Source: Myxococcota bacterium
GTDB taxonomy: Bacteria > Myxococcota_A > UBA9160 > PR03
Reading direction: 5' to 3'
Length of the DNA: 64,000 nucleotides
NCBI GenBank assembly: GCA_041611735.1
Contig: JBFIML010000006.1
Coordinates: forward strand, 32,001 to 96,000
Below the pieces are notes generated by a model. The model had not been told where the DNA came from. It did not search any database and saw only the letters and a list, made by a program, of their open reading frames with translations. The translations under genes and the position numbers were made by a program. This document shows, one piece after another, positions 48,078-55,544 of the stretch; the first letter of the stretch is position 1; every line of letters starts with the position of its first letter.

Positions 48078-49093
48078 CGGGTCGATCCGGCCACCGCGTC
48101 GAGCCACGCGTCGATGCGCTCCCATTGCCCGTACAGCCAGTCGATGCGGCCGGGGCGGTCGCGTGGGATCTCCGTGGCCGGGACCCGCCACAGCATGACC
48201 TCGATGCGCCGGCCGACCAGGGCGCCGTGCCAGAGCTCGCCGAAGCTCGCCGTTCCCTCGAAGCCCGCATGGGCCAGGAACAGCACGTCGGCCTCGGGGC
48301 ACGCTTCCAGCAGGGCCAGGGGGCCGCCGAGCCGCGGCGGGAGCACGTGACGCAGCTTCTGCGCGCGGGCAAGCAGCGCCGCGTCGCCCGAGCGTTCCAG
48401 GCGGGTCAGCACCCGCGCGCGCTTGGCCGGGCTGAAGCGCGTCCCCTCCGGATAGATCAGGATGCCCTCGTCCGGGGCGAGATCCTGGCTCACCTGGCGC
48501 AGCGCCTCGATCTCACGCTGGCGGTCGCCCGAGTCGCGGCGTACGAACAGGTGGGGAAGGCGCTGCCCCACCACGTCCAGGCAGGGATCCCAGAGCAGCT
48601 CCCGCTTGATCACGTAGCGCAGCCGCAGGCCCTGGCGGGCCGAGAGGAGCACCGCCGGGAGGATCGTGTCGCCCACGCTGGCGTGCCGCGCGAAGACCAG
48701 GAGCGGACCGCGCCCCACGCTCTCCGCGCCCTTCTGCTGGAACGCGAGTCCGTAGATGCGTCGCACCCCCAGGAAGAGCGCGCCCGCCCAGGCGTGCTGG
48801 AGACGATGGTTCCAGGCCCGGAAGCGCCGGGGATCCGCGCCGGCCCAGATGCCGCTGGCGAGCCACGCACCGAAGGCGGCGATCAGACCCAGGGTTTCGC
48901 AGAGCAGGTAGAAGGTCAGGAAGGCGAGGATCCGGGTGGTGGGAAGCGGCCGGCGCCGCGCCAGGTCAACCGCCAGGGCCGTCGGGAGCAGCACGGGCAG
49001 GCCGAGCAGGGCGAGCGCGGTCAAGGCGGTGTAGCCGGGCACCGTGATCGCGCGCCGTCCCCAGCGGGCGGCGAGCGACTCGTCGCGCGGCAA
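48074..49093 (-). CDS. PlsC-like glycerolipid acyltransferase
   Basis: RHASVGD (HxxxxD), RYVIKREL, IYPEGTRF; N-terminal TM helices; start uncertain (49093-49105). Confidence 0.85.
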   Translation of the reverse strand: MPRDESLAARWGRRAITVPGYTALTALALLGLPVLLPTALAVDLARRRPLPTTRILAFLTFYLLCETLGLIAAFGAWLASGIWAGADPRRFRAWNHRLQHAWAGALFLGVRRIYGLAFQQKGAESVGRGPLLVFARHASVGDTILPAVLLSARQGLRLRYVIKRELLWDPCLDVVGQRLPHLFVRRDSGDRQREIEALRQVSQDLAPDEGILIYPEGTRFSPAKRARVLTRLERSGDAALLARAQKLRHVLPPRLGGPLALLEACPEADVLFLAHAGFEGTASFGELWHGALVGRRIEVMLWRVPATEIPRDRPGRIDWLYGQWERIDAWLDAVAGSTR

Positions 49094-49101
49094 CGGACCC
49101 T

Positions 49102-50505
49102 TCAGGGCGATCCTCCCTCCCGGCGCAGCGGGTCCGGCGCCTCCCGCCCCGCCCGGCGATCCATCACGGCCTCGCGGATGCGCTGGTGACGGACGCGATC
49201 GATGGGATAGGCGAGGGCGAGGCCGATTGCAATCAGGTTGCATAGGCACGGCACCAGCGCGTAGAGGATGCGCAGCGTGAGGCGGACCCCGGGCGTCTGC
49301 TCCACGTTCGGCTCGTAGCCGGCAGCGCCCAGCACGGCCAGGGCCGCCCCCACGCCCAGGGCGGCTGCGAGCTTGCGGGCGATGGACCAGACGCCGATGT
49401 ACTGCCCCTCGCGCCGCCGGCCGGTGATCAGCTCGTCGTAGTCGATCACGTCCGCCTGCATCGATGAGGGGATGGCGAGGGTGCCCCCCAGGCCCAGCCC
49501 GGAGAGCACCACCAGCACGGCGTAGGCACCCTCGTCCCCCGGGCCCAGGAAGAAGACGCCCAGGAAGGCGCAGGTGTTGACTGCCATGGCGGTGAGCCAG
49601 GCGGGCTTCTTGCCCAGGCGGTGCGCGAGTCCGACCCACGCCGGGAGCAGCGCGATTCCGGTCACGAAGTAGAGCAGCAGGAACAGGTCGGCGCGCTTCG
49701 ACTCGAGCACGTACTCCACGTAGTACAGGATCAACGTAGCGGGGAGATTGCTGCCGAAGGCGGACACGGTGTAGGAGCTCAGCAGGATGCCGAAGGGCCG
49801 GTTGCGCAGCAGCGTGCGCAACTGGGGCCAGGGCGAGGCGCTGCCCGGGCGGCTCGCAAGGCTGCGCTCGGGCACGGCCATCACGCACCAGGCGCACGCC
49901 AGCAGCAGGAGCGGTGCGTAGAGCAGGGCGACGCGCAGGAACTTGGCGCGTTCTCCCGCGGCGTCGTCGGTCAGCCCGAAGGTCCAGGCCACTGCGGCCG
50001 GCGAGCTGGCGGCCACCAGGGTTCCGGCCAGGAGCGCCCCGTCCCTCCAGGCCATCAGCGCGGTGCGGGCGTCGTAGTCGAAGGTGATCTCGGGGCCGAG
50101 CGACTCGTAGGGGACGGTGACGGCGGTCCAGAACAGGAACAGTGCGAATACGGACCCGCCGAACCAGACCGCGGCCCATGGCGGCCCCGTCTCGGGAGGG
50201 ATGAAGAGCAGCAGGATCGCCAGGGCCAGGGGCGGCGTGGCGCCCGCCATCCAGGGACGGCGGCGCCCGAAGCGGGTGCGGGTGGCGTCGGAGAAGGCGC
50301 CGATCAACGGGTCCGTGACCGCGTCGAAGATCCGCACCGCCAGTAGCAGCGAGCCGATGGTCCCGATCCCGACGCCTACCACGTCGGTGTAGAACTTGGG
50401 CAGGTAGACGTAGACGGGGATGCCCACCACGGCCAGGGCAAAGGCCGGGGCCGCGTAGGCCATGCGCCGGCCCGTGGGGACGCGCTCCGGATCCGCGGGG
50501 TTCAC
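49102..50505 (-). CDS. MFS transporter, GPH/MelB (MFS_2) family
   Basis: RIFDAVTDPLIGAFSD, RFGRRRPW, SMQADVIDYDE, RREGQY; about 12 TM helices. Confidence 0.92.
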   Translation of the reverse strand: MNPADPERVPTGRRMAYAAPAFALAVVGIPVYVYLPKFYTDVVGVGIGTIGSLLLAVRIFDAVTDPLIGAFSDATRTRFGRRRPWMAGATPPLALAILLLFIPPETGPPWAAVWFGGSVFALFLFWTAVTVPYESLGPEITFDYDARTALMAWRDGALLAGTLVAASSPAAVAWTFGLTDDAAGERAKFLRVALLYAPLLLLACAWCVMAVPERSLASRPGSASPWPQLRTLLRNRPFGILLSSYTVSAFGSNLPATLILYYVEYVLESKRADLFLLLYFVTGIALLPAWVGLAHRLGKKPAWLTAMAVNTCAFLGVFFLGPGDEGAYAVLVVLSGLGLGGTLAIPSSMQADVIDYDELITGRRREGQYIGVWSIARKLAAALGVGAALAVLGAAGYEPNVEQTPGVRLTLRILYALVPCLCNLIAIGLALAYPIDRVRHQRIREAVMDRRAGREAPDPLRREGGSP

Positions 50506-50588
50506 GCGCTGGCCGCGGGACGCAGGGCGGGGATAGCATGACGGCGGGGCACGCGGCGCAGCACCACCGGCCGCACGGGGAGTGAGGC

Positions 50589-50945
50589 ATGCCGCACGTG
50601 GTGATCGAGGGCTCCGTGGACCCGGGGCGCCTCTTCGAAGAGCTCGAGCCCGTCCACGAGGCTGGCTCGCACGGCGTACGCCGCACCGGTGAAATCTTCC
50701 TGAACCGGCGGCGGGACACGTCGCTGCTCGAGGCGGTGGTGGTGGAGCGCGGCTTGCGCCAGCGCTTCTTCGTGCTGATCTCCCGCAAGGGGGCAGGCGT
50801 GACCGTGAGGCTCGAACCGTCCACGCAGCCCGAGAAGACCGAGGGCGTGAAGCGGCTGCTGGCGGCGGTGGGCCGCCGGGTCCGCACCCATTTCCCGGAC
50901 ACCCGCTACGGACAAACCAACCTCGCCGACTGTCTCGACGCCTGA
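50589..50945 (+). CDS. Hypothetical protein (118 aa)
   Basis: GGGAG/GAGG RBS before ATG; protein-like composition. Confidence 0.65.
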   Translation: MPHVVIEGSVDPGRLFEELEPVHEAGSHGVRRTGEIFLNRRRDTSLLEAVVVERGLRQRFFVLISRKGAGVTVRLEPSTQPEKTEGVKRLLAAVGRRVRTHFPDTRYGQTNLADCLDA

Positions 50946-50962
50946 GGCGCGGGGCAGCCGGA

Positions 50963-51967
50963 TCAGGCGGGCGGGCGCGGCCTGGGGGCGGGTCGCCGCG
51001 GCCGTGCCAGGCGCGTGGCCCGCAGGACGGTCGCGATCCCCGCCAGGCGCTCGCACGCGTCCCACAAGCGTTCGCGGTCCTCCGGGACCTCGCGCGTGAA
51101 GGGCAGCCGGTGGGTGGATGCCGGGGCGCGATCGAACCAGAAGGCCCCACTCTGCAGCGCAGGCCTGGCCGCCGCGGCCAGCCAGACCACCGTGTCCGCC
51201 CCCTGTTCGGCGCAGCGCAGGATGGAGCGCGTCACCCGCCAGAAGCCGGGGAGCGAGCTTCGCACCGCAGGGGTGTCGGCCCAGCCCGGATGCATGGCGT
51301 GCACGACGACGCCAGCCCGGCGCAGGCGCTCGGCGAGCAACTCGGCCAGGACCACCTGCATGCGCTTGGTCTGGGCGTAGGCGCGCGTTCCATCGAAGCG
51401 GCGCTGCTTCCAGTCGAGGTCCGCCAGGGACAGGCGCTGGGTGTACATGCCGCCGGAGGAGACGAAGATCACCCGCGCATGACCGGACGCACGCAGCCGC
51501 GGCTCGAGGAGCCGGGTCAGCAGGAAGGGGCCGACCACGTGGGTCGCGAGCGTGAGCTCGAGGCCCTCCGGGGTCTCCTGCCGCTCGGCGGGCAGCACTC
51601 CGGCGTTGTGGATGAGGACGTCGACGCGCGGCTCGGGAAAGTCCGCCACGAAGGCCCGTACGGAGGCGAGGCTCGACACATCGAGCCGGGCGAGCCGCAC
51701 CTCCCGGTTGCCGGTCTCTGCACGTAGCGAGGCCTCCGCCTCCCGGCCGCGTGCCTCGTTCCGGCACAGCAGCCACACCCGCGCCCCGCGCTGGGCGAGG
51801 GCGCGGGCGGAGGCCCGCCCGATGCCGGAGTTCGCGCCCGTCACCAGACACACCCGGCCGGCGAGATTCACGTCCAGGTCCTCGCTGCGAAAGCCGCGCG
51901 CGTGACGCCGGAAACCGCTCCGGTCGAAGGAGAAGACGATGGAGGCGTCGAGGAGGCGACCGATCAC
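50963..51967 (-). CDS. SDR-family oxidoreductase (DHRS12-like)
   Basis: TGANSGIG, IHNAG, VSSGGMY, YAQTK, MHPGWADTP; ATGA overlap with carH. Confidence 0.93.
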   Translation of the reverse strand: MIGRLLDASIVFSFDRSGFRRHARGFRSEDLDVNLAGRVCLVTGANSGIGRASARALAQRGARVWLLCRNEARGREAEASLRAETGNREVRLARLDVSSLASVRAFVADFPEPRVDVLIHNAGVLPAERQETPEGLELTLATHVVGPFLLTRLLEPRLRASGHARVIFVSSGGMYTQRLSLADLDWKQRRFDGTRAYAQTKRMQVVLAELLAERLRRAGVVVHAMHPGWADTPAVRSSLPGFWRVTRSILRCAEQGADTVVWLAAAARPALQSGAFWFDRAPASTHRLPFTREVPEDRERLWDACERLAGIATVLRATRLARPRRPAPRPRPPA

Positions 51968-52872
51968 GATGCCCGCCTTGCGCGCACGCCGAGCAGGGCC
52001 ACCCGCTGCTCGAGCTCCTCGATGGAGTGCAGCCGCCGTACTCCCGTCGGGAGCGCCAGGGCCTCGCTGGCCCTCCCGCCCACCCAGACCTCCACGGCCG
52101 CGGGCAGCCCGGCGCGCAGGGTGCGCAGCGCGCGTTCGCCCTCGCGCTTGGAGAGCTGGACCACTCCCAGGGCGACGGCATCCGCTTCGAGGGTCTCCGC
52201 GGCGTGCAGCAATTCCGCCGGGGGCAGATCGGGCCCCAGATAGATGGCGTGAGCGCCCGACTCCGTGGCCGCCACCGCACCCATCAAGACCCCCAGCTCG
52301 TGCCGCTCTCCGGGTGGCGTCGTGAACACGACGACGGGCGCTCCGAGCCCGCCGCGCCGGCGCAGGGAGGCACCGAGCAGGCTTCGCACCAGGCTGCTCG
52401 CCAGGTGTTCGGAGGCCATGCAGAGCCGGCCGCCCTGCCAGCGCTCCCCGATCTCGCGCAGCAGCGGAGCCGCCACCGACGCCGCAAAGCGGAGCGGCCC
52501 CAGGGCCGCGAGCTGGAGCGCCAGCAGGCGCTCGGCCTCGGCCGCGTCGAGCCGCTCGACGACGGCGAGGATCGCCGGGATCGGAGCCTCGGGCGGGGCG
52601 GCATGGGCGGCGACGCGGCGCTCGAGCTCCGCATCGTCCAGGCGTGCCGCCTCGGAGATCGAGTGGCCCGCCTCGGTCGCTGCGCGCAGCCGGCGCAAGC
52701 GCCTGACGTCCGCCTCCCGATAGCGGCGCGTGCCGCCCGGGGTGCGCAGCGGCCGTATCGCCTGGTAGCGTCTCTCCCAGGCGCGCAGCACGTGGGGCGA
52801 GAGCCCGGTCAGGCGCGAGACCGCCCCCAGGGAGTAGGTGGGCTCCGGTTTGGCCTCGACCCTGCGACCCAT
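51964..52872 (-). CDS. carH: MerR-family adenosylcobalamin-dependent photoreceptor/repressor (CarH/LitR)
   Basis: MerR HTH (LRAWERRY..RTPGGTRRY); W-x9-EH (RWQGGRLCMASEH); B12-binding ERHELG, YLGPDLP, VWVGG. Confidence 0.9.
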   Translation of the reverse strand: MGRRVEAKPEPTYSLGAVSRLTGLSPHVLRAWERRYQAIRPLRTPGGTRRYREADVRRLRRLRAATEAGHSISEAARLDDAELERRVAAHAAPPEAPIPAILAVVERLDAAEAERLLALQLAALGPLRFAASVAAPLLREIGERWQGGRLCMASEHLASSLVRSLLGASLRRRGGLGAPVVVFTTPPGERHELGVLMGAVAATESGAHAIYLGPDLPPAELLHAAETLEADAVALGVVQLSKREGERALRTLRAGLPAAVEVWVGGRASEALALPTGVRRLHSIEELEQRVALLGVRARRAS

Positions 52873-52878
52873 GGCCGG

Positions 52879-52955
52879 AGCTTCGAGGCTGGCGGGGCAG
52901 TTGTCAATAAATAATCTAGACAGCGGTTGACGGGCCCCGGGCCGGGTGCGAACCT
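52879..52955. promoter_or_regulatory. Divergent carH/phr promoter region with TGTC-N13-GACA operator (52902-52922)
   Basis: Minus strand TTGACA-17-GAAGCT-6-ATG; plus strand TTGACG-17-GAACCT; short AT-rich core TTGTCAATAAATAATCTAGACA. Confidence 0.65.
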
Positions 52956-53004
52956 CCCGGCGAAGGCGCTCCCCCCGGCGGACAGGTCCTCCCGACGAGG
53001 TGTC

Positions 53005-54411
53005 ATGCGCGCGCTCCACTGGTTCCGTAGCGACCTGCGCCTGCGCGACAACGTGGCCCTCTCGGCTGCGGCGGAGGCCGCCGACGAGCTGATCCCCGCC
53101 TTCGTCTTCGACGAGCGCCTGCTGGCTGGGGGCGTCGGTGCGCCCCGGCTGCGCTTCCTGCTGGGCAGCCTGGAGCGCCTGGCGGCGGACCTGGAGGAGC
53201 GCGGCCAGCGCCTCGTCGTGCGGCGCGGCGACCCGCGTCGCGAGATCCCTGCGCTCCTCGAGGAGACGGGCGCCGAGCTCCTCACCCTGAACCGCGACTA
53301 CGGGCCGTATGCGCGCCGGCGCGACGAGGCCGTGCGCATCGCGGCGGAGAAGCGCGGCGTGCGGGTGCACGACTGCAAGGATCGCGTCGTCTACGAGAGC
53401 CACGAGATCCGCACCCGCTCCGGCGATGCGTACCAGGTCTATACTCCCTACCGACGCGCCTGGATGGCGCGCTGGCGCGAGGATCCGCAGGAGCCGCTCG
53501 GGCCGCTCCGACTCCCGCCGCACCCGGAGAAGCTGCGCGCCGGTCGGCTGCCCAGCGAGCAGGAGCTCGGGGTGGCGGACGACGGGGTCGAGATCCCGAC
53601 GCCCGGGGAGTCGGCGGCCCGGCGCAGGCTGGATCGCTTCCTCGAGGTCGGGATCGCCGACTATGCCCGCCGCCGCGACCTCCCGGCCGAGGACGGCACG
53701 TCGCGGCTCTCCCCGTACCTGCGGCTCGGTGTGGTCTCCATCCGCATGTGCCTGGCCGCGGCGCTCGAGCGGGGGCGCGAGGATCGCAAGGCGACCGATG
53801 GCGTGCGAACCTGGGTGGACGAGCTCGTATGGCGCGAGTTCTATCACGCGATCCTCGCCGAGCATCCCCACGTGCTGAGGCGCGCCTTCAAGTCCGACTT
53901 CGATCGGGTGCGCTGGAACGACGACGAGCAAGGCTTCCGGGCCTGGTGTGAGGGGCGCACCGGGTATCCGTTCGTGGACGCCGCCATGCGCCAGTTGGCC
54001 AAGACCGGCTGGATGCACAACCGGGCGCGCATGGCGGTGGCCAGCTTCCTGACCAAGGACCTGTTGGTGGACTGGCGTCGCGGGGAGAGGTTCTTCATGC
54101 AGCGCCTGGTGGACGGCGACCCGGCCTCCAACAATGGCGGCTGGCAGTGGGCGGCCTCCACGGGGACGGATGCGCAGCCGTACTTCCGCATCTTCAATCC
54201 CGTATCGCAGGGGGAGCGCTTCGACCCGGACGGGCGCTACGTGCGCCGCTTCGTGCCGGAGCTCGAGGGGGTCCCGGACCGCTTCGTGCAACGGCCCTGG
54301 CAGGCGTCCGAACCACCCCGGGACTATCCGGCGCCGATCGTGGACCACGCCGAGCGTCGGATTCTGGCGCTGCGCCGCTACGAGGCCGCGCGCCAGGGCA
54401 GGCAGGGGTGA
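53005..54411 (+). CDS. phrB: Deoxyribodipyrimidine (CPD) photolyase, class I
   Basis: WFRSDLRLRDN, TSRLSPYLRLG, ELVWREFY, GWMHNRARM, NNGGWQWAASTG, FRIFNP. Confidence 0.96.
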   Translation: MRALHWFRSDLRLRDNVALSAAAEAADELIPAFVFDERLLAGGVGAPRLRFLLGSLERLAADLEERGQRLVVRRGDPRREIPALLEETGAELLTLNRDYGPYARRRDEAVRIAAEKRGVRVHDCKDRVVYESHEIRTRSGDAYQVYTPYRRAWMARWREDPQEPLGPLRLPPHPEKLRAGRLPSEQELGVADDGVEIPTPGESAARRRLDRFLEVGIADYARRRDLPAEDGTSRLSPYLRLGVVSIRMCLAAALERGREDRKATDGVRTWVDELVWREFYHAILAEHPHVLRRAFKSDFDRVRWNDDEQGFRAWCEGRTGYPFVDAAMRQLAKTGWMHNRARMAVASFLTKDLLVDWRRGERFFMQRLVDGDPASNNGGWQWAASTGTDAQPYFRIFNPVSQGERFDPDGRYVRRFVPELEGVPDRFVQRPWQASEPPRDYPAPIVDHAERRILALRRYEAARQGRQG

Positions 54412-55418
54412 CGGCCGGGCCCGGGGGCGACGGCGGTTCGGCTCCCGGGGCGCGCCCGCTCTGGCACGACGATGCCCCGATCCGGGTCGGCATCTCCACC
54501 TGTCTGCTCGGTCGCAAAGTGCGTTACGACGGCGGGCACAAGCGCGACCGTTTCCTCACCGACGTGCTGGGCCCCTACGTGGAATGGGTGCCGGTGTGCC
54601 CGGAGGTGGAGCTCGGTCTGGGGATCCCTCGCGAGCCGATCCGGCTGGTGCGCGCGGGTGGCGAAGTCCGGCTCGTGGCCGAGCGCAGCGCACGCGACCA
54701 CACCCGCGCCATGCAGAGCTGGGCCGGTCGCCGGGTGCGCGAGCTCGAGAAGCTCGAGCTGTGCGGCTACGTGCTGAAGAAGGGGTCTCCGAGCTGCGGC
54801 ATGGAGCGGGTGCGCGTCTACCAGGAGGGCGGCATGCCGCAACGCGACGGACGCGGCCTGTTCGCGGACGTCCTGATCGGCCACCTGACGAGCCTGCCCG
54901 TGGAGGAGGAGGGGCGACTCCACGATCCCCGGCTGCGCGAGAATTTCGTGGAGCGGGTCTTCGCGTACCGGCGCCTGCGGTCGTTGCTCGCCGCTCGCTG
55001 GAGCGTCGGCTCGCTGGTGACCTTCCACACGGCTCACAAGCTCCAGCTCATGGCGCACTCGCCCGAGGACTACCGGCGCCTGGGCCGGGTCGTGGCGGAG
55101 GCCCGCCGGCTGCCGCGCCGCCAGCTGGCGGAACGCTATGGCGGGGGGTTCATGCGCGCCCTGGCCCGGACCGCGACGGTGCGTCGCAACGTGAACGTCC
55201 TCCAGCACGTGCTGGGACACTTCAAGAAGCGGCTGGACCGGGACGCGCGCGCGGAGGTCCTCCAGCTGATCGAGGACTATCGCCGCGGGCTCGTCCCGCT
55301 CGTCGTCCCCCTCACGCTGATCCGCCACCACGTCCGCCGGCTCGACGTCGACTACCTGGCGGGCCAGGTCTTCCTGGATCCCCACCCCAAGGAGATGATG
55401 CTCCGGAACCACGTCTGA
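54408..55418 (+). CDS. ybgA: YbgA-family DUF523(TudS)-DUF1722 fusion; RudS-like putative tRNA 4-thiouridine desulfidase
   Basis: CLLGRKVRYDGGH, VCPEVELGLGIPRE, KKGSPSCG, VEEEGRL, FHTAHKLQLMAH; GTGA overlap with phr. Confidence 0.9.
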   Translation: MTAGPGGDGGSAPGARPLWHDDAPIRVGISTCLLGRKVRYDGGHKRDRFLTDVLGPYVEWVPVCPEVELGLGIPREPIRLVRAGGEVRLVAERSARDHTRAMQSWAGRRVRELEKLELCGYVLKKGSPSCGMERVRVYQEGGMPQRDGRGLFADVLIGHLTSLPVEEEGRLHDPRLRENFVERVFAYRRLRSLLAARWSVGSLVTFHTAHKLQLMAHSPEDYRRLGRVVAEARRLPRRQLAERYGGGFMRALARTATVRRNVNVLQHVLGHFKKRLDRDARAEVLQLIEDYRRGLVPLVVPLTLIRHHVRRLDVDYLAGQVFLDPHPKEMMLRNHV

Positions 55419-55502
55419 GGGGGGGGCGGGACCCATCGACCTCCCGGGCCGCGTCGTTCCTCGGGAAGTGGATGGGTCCGGGGGTCCCCCCTTGAGTCTC
55501 GA

Positions 55503-55520
55503 ATTGGAACGTGTTCTAAT
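55503..55520. promoter_or_regulatory. KstR-type palindromic operator ATTGGAACGTGTTCTAAT overlapping putative -10 of the P450 gene
   Basis: 55505-55518 TGGAACGTGTTCTA matches TnnAACnnGTTnnA exactly; TTGAGT-17-TCTAAT promoter-like arrangement. Confidence 0.7.
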
Positions 55521-55544
55521 CCTGATCGGTCTGCCGAGGAGTCC

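Noticed and set aside
55419-55491. GC-rich stem (GGACCCATC...GATGGGTCC) after ybgA as an intrinsic terminator
   Set aside because: Long loop and no U-tract; may be structured RNA but cannot be called a terminator
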